Positions 38,787 to 54,810 of a stretch of 64,000 bases of DNA are shown here, piece by piece (the first letter of the stretch is position 1; every line of letters starts with the position of its first letter). The stretch covers positions 30,380,001 through 30,444,000 of the forward strand of contig OX597814.1 in the NCBI GenBank assembly GCA_951406725.2, given 5' to 3'. The notes under the pieces were generated by a model that was not told the origin of the DNA, did no database searches, and saw nothing but the letters and a program-made list of their open reading frames with translations. A program made the translations under genes and the position numbers. Origin of the DNA: Octopus vulgaris (Eukaryota).

Positions 38787-40678
38787 AATGCTATTCCTTA
38801 TATTTTCTGAAAAAAAAAGTGCAAATAATAATGGTTTCAAATTTTGCCACAAGGCCAGCAATTCTGGAGTGGATATACGTCGATTACATCGATCCCAGTG
38901 TTCAACTGATACTTATTTTATCGACTTCGAAATGATGAGAGGTAAAGTCGACCTCGGTGGAGTTTGAACTCAGAAGAAAAGACGGACGAAATACCGCTAA
39001 ACATTTTGTCCGGGGTGCTAACAATCCTGTCAGCTCATCGCCTTGCGAGGTAAGTAATAATAGTGAATATTATTCCTTGTATTTTGCAAATTTTAAATAG
39101 CAGAGTATCTCAAGTATCGAGTTTAACCCTTTTGTGACTATATTTCTTGCAAGAATACATTGTTTTTGGTAATGAAGAAAATGAATCACGGCTGTAACCC
39201 ACCAGTGAGTATGACCTAGCAAGATGTATGATATTTCGTAAGATGTGTGGTGCTTCCGTTAATTGTTTTAGGTGCCTGTGCAGTCGTGAACAGGCATAGA
39301 CAATCCCTTGGATTTGCCACTTTTGATCATGGAACATGGAAGTGACAACTGGAAGGGGTGAGCTCTGTATCAGTATTGGATTGGATTCTCATTTTCAGCT
39401 CAGTCGCGCTGTCCGGCCCAAGAATCGAACCTGCGAGCTTAAAATCATGAGCTCAACATCCTAGCCACTAGGCAAGTGCCTTTTTTTTAATTTTGAAAAT
39501 AGTCAATCAAAGCCTTGTGAGTGGCTGTGTGGTAAGAAGCTTGCTTCCAAACCTCATGGTTCTGGGTTTCGTCCCACTAAATGACACCTTGGGCAAGAGC
39601 CTTCTACTATAGCCTCAGGACTACCAAAGCTTCTTACCTAGGGAGTAACCATGCCTTCAATGTCTTAGAGATCTGATCGATCAGGGCTGGTATGGGATTA
39701 AAACATGCGCAACAACATCGACAACAAATTTATGATAAAAATCATTTGAAACTAATAAAATGTTTGGTAAGTTTGATCTGTCCAAAGGTTTCTTGGTGTC
39801 ATTAAGAAAAAGGGAAGTAAAAAAAAAAAAAAACTAAGGGAGATGGCGTCGTAATGTGAGGTACTTGGTGACGTTAAAATTGAAAAGTGGTAAAAACTTG
39901 CTTATGACAATGTTTGAACCGATGAACCGGAAGGGGCTGTTTTTCACTCAATAAAAGGAAATGACGTGAGTGGAATTAACAAGCAGCATAAACTACAACC
40001 CTTCCTCGTAGACAAGTCAGTGACATCAGACGATTTGATTAATTGGAAGGAAAGGAAATGGTGCACCAACCTTGTTTAACACATACATACACATACACAC
40101 ACTCGCATACACACGCATGCACCGACATGCATGTATGTGTATATGCATGTATGTAGGTATGCGTATATGTATGTATATATGTACGTACGTATGTATGTAT
40201 GTTTGGATATAAACACACACAAGCACATACACACGCGTGCGTATTGTCGTCAAATAACGGACATGAAGGAATGGGAATGATTGTATGAAAATGTTCTACA
40301 ATTTTCCCGGTGTCATATACGCGATGTTCATTATGCAACTATAAGGTTCCGGGTTCGATTCCATTACACAACTTGATTGGCAAGAGTCCTCGGCTCTATC
40401 AGATGGACCGCTCCTGTTTCTTTTCCGTTTTTTAATTTTTTCAAGGGATAATCTTAATCCGTCGCTTACTTGAACACCATTACTTGGTCTTGGGTATTCC
40501 TAGTAGAGTCCACTTTGTTAGAAACATTCTGATGAGTTCTTCAAGTCTGAAGATAAATTCCTTGCTTCCTGCTATCTGTCTCAGAGACGCTAAAAAGCGT
40601 GATGCGTTCTACACATCGTTCTATAACTATATTTTTAAAAAAGAAAAACAAGAGATAGATTGATAGATAGATAGATAA

Positions 40679-40768
<90 letters not shown>

Positions 40769-41792
40769 CACTGAACATCTCAAACGGTACTGTAAAAGTA
40801 AAAAAGAAAAAGTCCTCACCGTCTAGAATTTTGCTTCATAAGACCATGAGCGATGCTGATATCAACGATCCTTCACTAACTGCAAGTTTGCTTCTTATAT
40901 GCTGTATACAAGAGACAGAAAGATAACATCTTTGCAAAAAGAAAAGCTTCTTGCCAAGACTATAGTAAAACAATCCGGACTAAAACGTGAATTAGATGAT
41001 TACAACCATAATACATAATGTCAATAATAAATGATTATCATAGTAATAGTTTCTAATTTTTTTGCACAAGGCCAGCAGTTTTCAAGGGGACGGGGAAGTC
41101 AATTACATCGACTCCAGTACTTAACTAGTACTTATTTTATCAATGCCAAAAGGATGAAAGACAAAGTCGACGTCGGCGAAATTTGAGCTCAGAGCATAAG
41201 ACACACGAAATTTGAGCTCAAAGCACAGGGACAAACGAAATGACTCAACATTTTCTCCGGCGTACTAAGGGTTCTGCTAACTGGCATAATCATTGAACTA
41301 GCTGTATCTCTGGATATACAAAATAAATAATTTTGATTTATTATAAGTATGTAAAATTATATATCAATAGCAAAGGAAAAATATATGATTTCGCATATAG
41401 ACATCTGTATTAAATATATTTTATATATTGTAAAGTTATTTATGAAATCATGATTTATGATATACATTAAGTTACGCTAGGAACTATTAGACCTGACACC
41501 GTGTATTAACCGGTGTTGTTCAAACGATGAATAGCTTTGCGTAAACTATTGGTTCGTTTTGTTCTCTTACTTTATTATCATCTTATAATCATCTCATGAT
41601 AATGACTTTTATGACTCGTATTACTACCTCAGTCAATCTAAATGTATATATTTGTCGTTACCTGTCATAAATAGCCTTTTTCTATTTGCAATATGCATTT
41701 TCATTGATTTTTCATTGCATTTTCATTGATTTTTCATATTTTACCCTTACATTTCCACGCGTATTTTATATTTTCTTTTCGTAACATATTTC

Positions 41793-41835
<43 letters not shown>

Positions 41836-43457
41836 TAAGTATCCGGAAGGAATAATTAAAAAAAAAACAACAATAAAAAAGAAGTACATGCTCTATCAAT
41901 CCATGGCTTTCATGAAATCATGGGAAAGCTGCATGAACACTCTATAAATATACTAATTGGTTTCTTTTGTAAGATATCGACTTTCTGCATTCTGTACTAT
42001 GAAATGCGAAACTGATATAGAAAACAGATTTGTTGTACAACAGTCAAATCTTGAAGACAAGGTCGAAAACATCCACTTAGGTCAATCAGTTGTTTATACG
42101 TCATGCATAAACTTTACTTCAACAAGCTGTTTCAATTTATTCATTTATGACCATTGCGATCATAGCAAAATAGTGACTGATGAACTGGTAAATAGAAGGA
42201 AAGCAGTGTTGGGATGTGCTGAGCAACTTACAAAGCTGTGCAGTCTGCAATAAAAATAAAGAAACTTCAGAAACGGTGACAGCGCGGCTGTAGTAACTGT
42301 TCTCTTACAATACAATATCCATGATTGTTATTGTAGAATTACTACCGATGCAAATAATTATGATGTTTATTGGACTATTGCGGAAATTCGCAAGAATCTA
42401 CATAAAGAAGAACCCAAACTGAAAGAAAACACCGAAGAATTGGCTTAGAATCATTCCAAACAGCCTTTCTGTGTCATATAATATCACTTAGGTGACACCT
42501 TTGGCAGCTGCACGGAAATCAACCAAATACTAAAGAGTGAAGCAAACGTTGTGAGTCGGGAGTGAATTCCTCAAGATCTCAGTTCTTCAAGATGCCCCAT
42601 GCAACTACAAAATTGTCGAATGAATGTAACTTAACAAACAGTTGGAGAAGAAACAGCCTTCATACCTATAAAAAGTTTTGCATTGGCATGTTTCCCGAAA
42701 ATTTAACAAAGCGTACTGCTGCTCTCACACAACAGGTATCTCCTATGTAGCAACTCTTGGTCTTGTATTGCAACTCTAGCAAGAGATAGTTACAAATTGC
42801 ATGCTGACCATTAACAGCCCGAAAATGTAGCAGAACATGCCAATGATGTCACATAACCATTGAAAATATTACACTTGTGATTCGTCGTCAAAATATTACC
42901 CTTCTCAGGGGCATAACGTTGTTGTCAAAATAATATTACCATGGCGTCTACAGACGGGGGACTATTCTGCTACGATTATAAATATTATAAAATAATATTG
43001 ATATTTATACTATCAACATTACTTTTGTCGGAACGTACAGACGAGCGGTTGAAGCTTCTTTAACTACCAGTATAACAAACCTAATACAGCTGTTCGTGAG
43101 TGAAGTGGTTGCTTAACGGATGCACCCATTTGATTCATGATCTTGTGCGAATGAGAATATTTATGATCACTTGTAACATCTGCCCTAAATCATAAATTTA
43201 CATTAACACATTACATTAATCATTAACGCACTATATCATATTTCTAAATATGATATGGTGTTTAAATAATAATGTTGAAAAACTGGAATTTCCGGGTTTG
43301 GTGAACAAAATGAATTAATAAGATAAAATAGACTGAAGCAAATTACAATAGTCCAGCGAACACGTATTCTGCTAATTCAATCTGTAAGTGAAGTGGAAAA
43401 TCTAAAAATATATTTTAGAATAAATTTAGAAATACTTTATTTTTGAGGTGTGTATAT

Positions 43458-43803
43458 ATATGTAAAATTTAGAGAAAAAATTTCTGTTAAGCAATTCAGT
43501 AGTGAAAGACGTCATTCACACCATATAGAAAACTTTTAATATACCATAGAAAACATTATTCTAAAAATAGAGTACATAAACAATAAATAGTAATAGTTTT
43601 AATCGAATTGATTTTATTATTATTATCTATTTGAAAATATAGCCACGAAACGCGCGTAGTCTATTTACTATTTATTGTTTATGTACTCTATTTTTAGAAT
43701 AAAGTTTTCTATAGTATATTTAACCTTTTCTATATGGTGTGAATAACATCTTTCACTATTGAATTGTTTAATACAGATTTTTCTCTAAATTTTATACATA
43801 TAT
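43458..43803. repeat. Fold-back inverted repeat (~140 bp arms) with decayed hammerhead-like motif in spacer
   Basis: Arms ~43458-43596 / 43661-43803; spacer TTGAAAA tatagccac GAAA cgcgcg TA gtct. Confidence 0.8.
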
Positions 43804-43900
43804 TATATATTGTGAAATTTGATTTAGAATTGCTGAATTGAATCTTTCGCTGTAAGTTTTGGAATTATATTCCCTACTACTACTAATACTACTACTACTG

Positions 43901-43972
<72 letters not shown>

Positions 43973-44503
43973 TTATTATATTTATGTGTGTTTTATAATT
44001 ATACCTAAATATAAATTAACCATTAAGGTCTTGTTGGTACGCTGCCCACTGATAAATCATTAAATGATGACTTTTTCCTAATTATGTATAAATATATAAT
44101 TAATTCACTCCTCAAACATATTTGCTACAGAATTACTCTGAGTAATTAACCACATGGTTGAAACGGACGCTCGGGTTTTTGCTTCGTATATATGTGTGAA
44201 ATGCTTGTATATGCTCGTATTTGTATAACTGTATATCCATGGTATGTATATGTATTTCTCATTTATTTACGATTGGTTTACCCTACTGTTGAGTGGAAAA
44301 CAATTTTAACAGCGTAAACCATGAAATCTTAAGATATAGTGTTGTCCACAATATTTTATAAATCCTTTTTGTCCATTTTCCTCGCATACAGCCTTGTGGT
44401 AATGGAATAATAACTTAAGTGGTTTGTAGACCATTTGGGGGTATATTTTTAGCGTACGGGCGTTGTAGTTTCAGCGCCCTTATAATTATATTTTATAATT
44501 ATA

Positions 44504-45165
<662 letters not shown>

Positions 45166-45376
45166 ATTCTTTTATTCTTTTACTTGTCATTCGACTGTGG
45201 CCATGCTGGATCATCGCCTTTGAAGAATTTTTAGTCGAATGAATCGACCCCAGTACTTAATTTTGCTTAGCCTGGGACATATTCTAGAGTTCTATTTTGC
45301 CGAACCGCTCGGTTATGGAGAAGTAAACACACCAACGCCAGTTGCCTCACAAGAAACCAAATACCTGAATAAGACC

Positions 45377-45654
45377 TATTCAGGTCTCTACAGAACAGTC
45401 TTATTCTACAGAATAGTCTTAATGGTAAAAGTTTCAATTCCTTGGATCACGTAAAAAGATACCTTGATGAATTCTTTGCCACGAAACCACCTCAATTCTG
45501 GGAAGAAGGTATTTTCAAGTTAAAGGAATGATGGAGATGCATTGTGCAATAAAATGGTTCATATTTGGTTGATTAAAAATGTAATGGCAAGTATATATTG
45601 ACCTTTTCCTTTCCTTTAAAAATCGGCACGAAATTTCCGGACAGGACAACCCAA
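45377..45654 (+). mobile_element. Mariner family 1, right-end fragment
   Basis: Matches reverse complement of 25402-25660; ends in TIR ...ACAACCCAA + TA. Confidence 0.88.
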
Positions 45655-46359
45655 TAGTTCTTCTGCATACGAATAGAAATTACTGTTCTCCAAGAAACCT
45701 GTTTGGTAGATTCTGGAAGCCTAATAGAAACAGGCTATTAATTTTTCTGGCTATTCGTACGAAAACCTCTTTCGTAGGAAAATGTTAGTACGTCTCTTTT
45801 CTCCACTCTTTAATATTTCATATTCTACAAAAAGTAATTCGAGTCTCAGCAAAAGATCATGGTGCTTACATCACATCTTAATCTTTCTTGTGAATGGCAG
45901 ACAGCCTCTGTTTTACCTTGGCCTTTCGACATCGTTTAAGTAGATACAACCTCTTAATTGTCTGCTCGTTGATCGTTGAAATCATCTCCCCTCTAATCTC
46001 AAAGTACAATTTGACCTGACATTTACATTATGGAGGAACAGTGACATTTTTTATTAATTGAAACAAATTTTTTTAAACAAAGCGTTGGCAAAATTCCAAG
46101 AGGAAATGTAAAAGAAAAAAAGATTAAAAATAAAATATACAAAGCAGCAAATAATCGTTTCATTGTTGTTTTTATTTTATTACATATATAACACATATGT
46201 ACATGATACATATATAATACAAAACCACATTAAAATACAAATCCCAAACCGAAGAAAGCATAAACATGAGTGAAGAAAGAAAAAAAAGGAGAAAAAGACG
46301 AAGAAAGAAAAAAGGAGAAAAAGTGGAAGAAAAAAAAGGGAGAAAAATATCAGTTCAAT

Positions 46360-46408
<49 letters not shown>

Positions 46409-46779
46409 CACATATATATATATATGTACGCGGGCTACTTTCAGTTTCCGTCTAACAAATTCACTCACAAGGCTTTTGTCGGCCCGAGGCTATATTAGAA
46501 GACACTCAAGGTGCCACGCGGTGGGACTGAACCCAGAACCATGTGGTTGGAAAGCAAGCGTCTTACCACACAGCCACACCTGTATATATATTTTAAAATT
46601 TGATGATGGAAAACGCTTTGAATATGCAAATAAAGTTCGTATTCTATTATGCCGGCCACAGTCTAATGATGCTGACTGATGAACCAGTTCTTTTGTGTGT
46701 GTGTGGGGGGGGGGGGAGGGGGTTGTATTGAGCTGTAACGATATAATGCAGGATAAATATAATAATAATAATAATGATG

Positions 46780-46835
<56 letters not shown>

Positions 46836-47383
46836 CTGATGCAGTACCAGGCAGTGGCTCTCATGGCTTCTGATCTTAACTGATTGGAAGTGTCATCATG
46901 TACATTGTTTTGTCTTGGTATAAAAGATGGGCTACGGCAAATATTCTGCTCAATACCACAGATTTGCATGTCAGTTGTTTGACCTTAACCAGTTGAGCAT
47001 GTCCCTTAGTGGCTGACGATATGAGCATCTCTGATCACGAGCAGAAGTAGTGGAGGAGCATCATAGCCATGTGTTGAGAGGGATTCTTTGGGGTTTGAAT
47101 AATTCACCTCTGGAAACATGGGTGGTTCTTTAAACATCCTTAAACCCTTATTCAGAGACCTTTTGAGCAGGATGGGCTACTCAACCTGAAGAAAATTCTA
47201 ACTGGGCCCCACCTGCAAGGTCATGTGCTGTTTATCTTGATATGAGATCACCATGTCGCGCACATATGGTTGTGATGCATGTGCCTGGTGTACCCTTATC
47301 AGACGGGTAGTCATGATGGGTATATTGGGCTTCGTATATTTTACCCCAGTGTCACTTTGATGGCATGAACTGCTCTCTCACTC

Positions 47384-47385
<2 letters not shown>
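46836..47385. mobile_element. ~550-bp non-coding dispersed element embedded in (TAA)n
   Basis: (AAT)n on both sides; partial second copy at 14638-14778. Confidence 0.6.
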
Positions 47386-47419
<34 letters not shown>

Positions 47420-48924
47420 CTTTGGATGGAATTTATAAACGTTTAATGCAATGCTACGCGTGTTTCCACAAATCACATGTCTCTTCATATTCCTGGGATG
47501 ATTACTGTGTACTCCATAGTATCCGTGGCTATTGGGTTGATCATCTTCATGGATTCATTTCTTCAGGTGATATAACATTAGTGGATGTAAAAAACAGAAG
47601 GATGTTTATCCCTTTTTACCAGTATAAAGGTTAAGCGAATTATGTAGGTATTCCTGTCTGTATTTAGTGGAGAAGAGGAGGGGGTATGATGGAAATAGAG
47701 GAAGGAATGGTAGTTGTATGGGGATTGGTGTGTGTGTGTGGTGTAGGACTTATTTTGCTATTCATACACACACACAGACACACACTGTTTAGGCACAGGC
47801 AAGAGTCTGAACAATAAAGTTTCGAGTTCAGATCCATTAAGTATCACTTTGTGTAAATGTCTTACTCTATTGCCCCGGGCCGACGTATGATTTGTGAGGA
47901 AATTTGGTAGAAAGAAACTGTGTTAAAGCCCGTTTTGTATATATGCATGTTTGTACGCACACACACACACACACACACACGCACATACACACACATACAT
48001 ATTTATTTCAAAGGTTTTTAAAAATAAAACAAAACAACTGGAAAATTTAACAAAAACACGGAAAATTTGACAAAACAAAACACACGGAAAGCTCATAGCT
48101 AATTCCTCATCAGTCAGTACAAGAGATCATAGTTGTCTCGCGCCGTTATCGTTGAGACTACTTCTTTGTTGGAGGCGCCAGTGCGAAATAAAAAAATAGC
48201 CGTTGGGAATAACTAAGGAAAACAAACAAGACAAACTAAAAGAATTAGAATAATTATATCAATACAACAAAAAATACAAAAAAAACGCCCAACGGCTATC
48301 AGACAGTCCGAATGTGGGTAACGCAAAAGGAAATGAAAATCCAAAAGTACCGAAGACACAGGAAGGGCAGAAGTTAGGAAGAAATAAATCGTGGAGGAAA
48401 ACGTGACGGAGTACAGTACCAAGAAGCGTGATTGGCCAAGTCGGTGGCCGAAGGAAAAAGAATGAGAAGGGTTTAAATAGCCATGGATCACGGGGTAGTG
48501 GGAGGTGAGAGAAAGACAGTCATGGTAGGCAGAGGGAGAGAAGAAATGAAGGAGAGTATTAGGGAGAGAAAGAAAGAAAGAGAGAGAGAGAGGAGAAGGC
48601 AAAAAAGAGAGTCAAAGAAAAGGAAAGAGAGAGACATGAGTATCGCCCCAAAATATTCGAAGAATATTTTTACAAATGGGTAGAAGACACAAGGAGTGCA
48701 TTCCGTTACATAAATATTTCAAGTATGTGTGTGTGTGTGTGTGTGTGTTGTCTTTGTATTTGTCACCCTGCCACTTGACAATCGGTGTTGGTTTGTTTAT
48801 ATCTCCGTAATTTAGCTGTTCGACAAAACAAAGGGAAAGAATAAGCGCGAGACTTAAAAAGGGAGATAAATACTAGGGACAATTTGTTCACCCTTCAAGG
48901 CGGTTCCACAGCATAGTCCAAGTT

Positions 48925-49270
<346 letters not shown>

Positions 49271-50308
49271 TTCATCTGTATGTAAGTGTATGTGAATCAC
49301 GCGTTTGCAACATATTTATAGCACGTCAAATTCCTGGAATCTTTCCAGCATTTGTAATATTACTGAAGATGTATGAAATACTCAACTGGCCACGTTACAT
49401 TACGGAATCTGCAGCTTAGATACGTACTAGTATGATAGTTCCTGTTACTATGACATGTTATATTTTGAGCTGATGAGAAGTGTCCGCTTTATTGCTTGAC
49501 ATAGTTGTAATAACAACCAAATGATTTTTAATACATAAGGCAATGTAATCTCTAGTATTCAATTCCTGCAGAAAAAAAGGTTTGGCCATGGTTGGAAACC
49601 TTTCTTTATAAGCTTGTCGAATCACGGCAGAATTGGGACTCAACAACAACAACTACGACAGCAATATGTTCAGTTTCAGTCAGGAAAGTTTTGACTTCAG
49701 AACATAAAATAATTACTTCAGTGAAGAATTTCACAGTAGAACAAGCAGTTTAGTTGTGTTAGAGGAGTATTTACTGAAAGACATAATACAATAGCTTGTA
49801 ATGTTGCTTTCAAATTTTGGTACAAAGCTAGCAGTTTTGGAAGAAGGATCGATCGATTACATTGTCGACCTCGGCAGAGTTTAAACTCAAAATGTAAAGA
49901 CGGACGACACGCCACTAAGTACTTTGCCCTCCGTGCTAAAGATTCTGCCAGCTCGTCACCTAAAAAAATATCATATGGTAGCAGTGGATTATTTTTTTAA
50001 GGTTGCAAGCTGTCAGAATCGTCATTACGCCGGACAAAAATGCTTAGCGGCATTTCATCCATCTTTACGTTCTAAATTCAAATTCTGGTGGTATCACTTT
50101 GCTTAAGCGGAAGTTGAACACTGGGGTCGATGGATCCCTCCCCACAAAGTGCTAGACTTGTGCCAAAACTTGAAACCAATATTGGCATCTGATTAAAAAA
50201 TGACATAAAAGGACCTAAGATTTTTTGTATTACATTCGACATTCACTTACAAAGTTTGTAATATAAGTATAAAATCAGTTTTATCTTATGTCATAATTTT
50301 ATTTAATT

Positions 50309-50345
50309 ACTAGCTGACCACGTGCCGTCAAAAATGACGGCTAAT
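50309..50345 (-). mobile_element. Helitron-like 3' terminus
   Basis: Minus strand hairpin GCCGTCA-TTTT-TGACGGC, 10 nt, then CTAG followed by T. Confidence 0.55.
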
Positions 50346-50350
50346 TGTAG

Positions 50351-50410
<60 letters not shown>

Positions 50411-50796
50411 CAATATAAGGTACATAATAATCTAACATCAAATATTCACATACTTCCTTTGTACATGCACTCACAAACACACATATGTTCACACAAAGTT
50501 GAAACGCTGATTTGTTTTTCACCCTTTCCTTCCTTATTCATCAATCATCTTTTCCTTTCTCTCATTGCTATTACTTTCTCTCACTCCCTCAACGTTAGGG
50601 CTATTACTCTCACTACTTCTCCTTCACTGAATTGCTATTCACATAAACCGTATAGACATAACCCCAATAAAACTGGCACGGACAACTATAAGGATAAACA
50701 CAACTATAGAAAGTAATACGATAACCATAACTGTGACTTCACGCACTATACGAACACTGAGGGCAGCTTCTATACCAAAGATAACAATAGTAACAA

Positions 50797-50901
<105 letters not shown>

Positions 50902-51856
50902 CTGGCTTATAATTACCCTTCGCTATGCAACTCAAATCGAACATAGTTCGCTCCATAATGAGACTCATAGATAAACATTTGAAGGTAAATAATAAATATG
51001 CAGCAATATTTAAGAATAAAATCAGAGTAGGCTGACTAATAACTTTGCTACTACCAAAGCCTCGATAAATAATAATAAATTCGACACCTTCTATGAAACC
51101 AGGAAAAAGCAGCAACATAAAACAGAACAGCCAACCAGCAAATAGAAGAAGTCCTACCCCTAAAGATGTGCCTTCAAGTAACATGGACAACGACCCTAAT
51201 AAGAATAGCCCCCCTAAAGACACAACAGTAGCACAGATAGACAGAATAATTTATGTGACTGCAGCGACAGAAATAAGTGCCAGTTCCCTAATAGGTGTAA
51301 AACAAAAAATGTAGTATACCAATGCGACGTACTCACAAATAACCATACGAAATCGTATATTGGTGCCACAAAAAAAAAACAAACAAACAAACAAAAAACA
51401 AATAATACTGAGATACAACTCACACCAATCTAGCTTTCGAATTAGAAGTAAAACAAACTCTACAGACTTAGTAGCTACATCTGGGAATTAAAGGATACAA
51501 GTTAATTATAGTTTAAAGTGGCGCATCCTAGCAACCACCTCGTCTTATAACACTACTACTAGTAAGCGGTGCGATCTCTGTTTAACAGAGCGCCTGAAAA
51601 TATTAATGGCTAAACCGCCTCTACTGAATAAAAACATGAAAATGATAATATTTGTCTGCATATAGGCCAATTTATCTTCTCTAGGACAGCTAGTCATTTA
51701 TTTACAAGACTAAGTGCTTCAATTATTATTGGAATAAATGTAAATTTGCAATCCGGATATAGAAGCTGGAGGTTTCGAAGAAGTTGTTCATAGTGATCTA
51801 CTTTCTCTTTGATTTTCAAAGAAATATTCACATCAGCAGGGCAGCTGACCTATATC

Positions 51857-52752
51857 ATGTATGTATGTATGTATGTATGTATGTATGTATGTATGTATGT
51901 ATGTATGTATGTATGTATGCATGTATGTATGTATGTATGTATGTATGTATGCATGTATGTATGTATGTATGTATGTATGTATGTATGTATGTATGTATGT
52001 ATGTATGTATGTATGTATGCATGCATGTATGTATGTATGTATGTATGAATGCATGTATGTATTATGTATGTATGTATGTATGTATGTATGTATGTATGTA
52101 TGTATGCATGTATGCATGTATGTATTATGTATGTATGTATGTATGTATGTATGTATGTATGTATGTATGTATGTATGTATGCATGTATGCATGTATGCAT
52201 TACTTCATTTGTCGTTTCATTTACTGAAAGTCCTGTGGCTCTGGATGAGTGGCGATATGTGCAAACCCATCCATTTGGAAGCGCGCAATAAGTTTGGTCT
52301 GTCACCTAATTTCCAAACTATGCAAATCTACAATAGGATTAAATAATTATCTGAGAGGTCATAAATGGAAAGCTGGAAATGCCATTGACAAGGAGGAAGC
52401 ACAAGGAGACAGTAATCATCTGTGAAGATGGAGCAACCGCCATGCATGCATGTATGTATGTATGTATGTATGTATGTATGTATGTATGTGTGTATAAATG
52501 TATGTATGTGTGTATGTATGTATGTATTTATGTATGTGTGTATGTATGTATGTATGTATGTATGTATGTATGTATGTATGTATGTGTGTATGCATGTATG
52601 TATGTATTTATGTATGTGTGTATAAATGTATGTATGTGTATATGTATGTATGTATGTATGTATTTATGTACGTATGTATGTATGTATGAATTTATGTATG
52701 TATGTATGCATGTAGGTGTGTGTGTATGTATAAATGTATGTTTGTATGTATG
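51857..52752. repeat. Two (TATG)n microsatellite blocks
   Basis: 51857-52200 and 52442-52752. Confidence 0.95.
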
Positions 52753-53177
52753 TTTTTTTCCTTTGAGTTTTATTTAAGTTTTTCTCAAGTGAGTTCAAGC
52801 CGGTCGCAAACAAAACAAGACCCTTTTGAATTAAGAGAGTTCCCGGTGTTTGTAAATACGTGGTTGAGTTGTGCTGGTTAGGCAATCGGTGTACACACCC
52901 AAATGTGTGCATCTAAAAAATCTCAGCTGAAGAATCTTTGGAATGTGCTCCAAATCGCCACTGCACCGCTAATAGATTGCATTTGGAGAATCTGTGTCAG
53001 TTTCTTTTTGCTCTTTCTTCGAAAAACCTAGTATTTCTAAGTCTTTGTGTAAAGTTGTAGGCGGTTTGTTATAGTTTTCTACGTTCATGTTTCTTTCTTG
53101 TTCAAAGTCTGTTTGTGGGAACTTGCTGGCGTAACTGTTCCTTTCGAAAGTTTGAGAATGTTGGGTATTTCTTATCC

Positions 53178-53394
53178 TCTTTACTCTTTTTTACTCTTTT
53201 ACTTGTTTCAGTCATTTGACTGCGGCCATGCTGGAGCACCGCCTTTAGTCGAGCAAATCGACCCCGGGACTTATTCTTTGTAAGCCCAGTACTTATTCTA
53301 TCGGTCTCTTTTGCCGAACCGCTAAGTGACGGGGACGTAAACACACCAGCATCGGCTGTCAAGCAATGCTAGGGGGACAAAAAAAGACACACAA

Positions 53395-53425
<31 letters not shown>

Positions 53426-53589
53426 CGACAGGTTTCTTTCAGTTTCCGTCTACCAAATCCACTCACAAGGCATTGGTCGGCCCGGGGCTATAGCAGAAGA
53501 CACTTGCCCAAGATGCCACGCAGTGGGACTGAACCCGCAACCATGTGGTTGGTTAGCAAGCTACTTACCACACAGCCATTCCTGCGCCT
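53178..53589 (-). mobile_element. SINE family A
   Basis: Full-length copy. Confidence 0.92.
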
Positions 53590-54040
53590 AATACTTTTAA
53601 GTCAATTCATGTAGCTTAGCTAGAGATTTTCTTTAGCCTTTCTATAGAACTGGTATCTGAATTTGGTTCAGATCAAAAGTTTACTGGAATTTTTCTCGAT
53701 AGTTGAGCGATCTGCAGTGGCTGACTCCAGATTCTTTCGTCGCCATGGTATATATATATAATGTAAATTCCTACGTGGTATGTATTTCACTGTCTGATTA
53801 CTGCTACGATTTTTTCAACCTTTTCTTTTCCCCAAAAATTAATAGGCTTAATATTCATTATTCAGGAGAGTGAATAGTCCTTTATGCCAACGTCTCTGTA
53901 TGTATGTATGTATGTATGTATGTATGTATGTATGTATGTATGTATGTATGTATGGATGGATGGATGGAAGGATGTATGTATGTATGTATGTATGTATGTA
54001 TGTATGTATGTATGTATGTGAATACAGCCATCTTATATAT

Positions 54041-54265
54041 ATTTCTTTACTACCCACAAGGGGCTAAACACAGAGGGGACAAACAAGGACAGACAAAGGG
54101 ATTAAGTCGATTACATCGACCCCAGTGCGTAACTGGTACTTAATTTATCGACCCCGAAAGGATGAAAGGCAAAGTCGACCTCGGCGGAATTTGAACTCGG
54201 AACGTAACGACAGACGAAATACGGCTACGCAGGTCGCCCGGCGTGCTAACGTTTCTGCCAGCTCG
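54041..54265 (-). mobile_element. SINE family B
   Basis: 16-bp TSD CAGCCATCTTATATAT at 54025-54040 and 54266-54281. Confidence 0.93.
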
Positions 54266-54810
54266 CAGCCATCTTATATATGTAGAACCAATGAGGTTCG
54301 AAAATCAGTCAAGGCTGTTCATAATTTTTTTTGTCTTTTCAATCTACAGAGAAATAGTTAAATTTGCCATGTTTGTAAGTCTGTATGTCTACTACGTAGG
54401 TTTATATCATACCTTGATACTGTACGGACTGAGAAGTCGCTGATATTAAATAAAGAGTCAAAGGCAGTATGCAAACTAGTAGTTCCAGTTCTGTGTCTTA
54501 ATAAGACTTAATATTCAAATTTTAATTTTAGCTGCAATATTTTAAGTAAAAAAGTTTCTGATTCTTTACTGTACTGGAAGTAATAACTTGTCCTGTACTT
54601 TTCCAGGTTTATAATTTTGAGAATATTACTTTTCATGCTCGCATTTTCCTATGTAATCCATGATTTTTCCAGACATTGCGGTTATAAGATAATTGATAAT
54701 GTGCCAATGAATAATTTAAGATTTTACCTTATAAAATACTGAAAGATAATATTTCAATTTTTCCATGTAAGTGATGATAATATTTCAATCTTTTTTCGTG
54801 TTTAATTTAG

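Noticed and set aside
41957-42800. Possible transposase (hAT-like) relic or exons
   Set aside because: Complex sequence but no motif I can identify with confidence
49363-49385. CTGAAGA tgtat GAAA tac TC hammerhead-like string
   Set aside because: No stem I, II or III pairing; expected by chance
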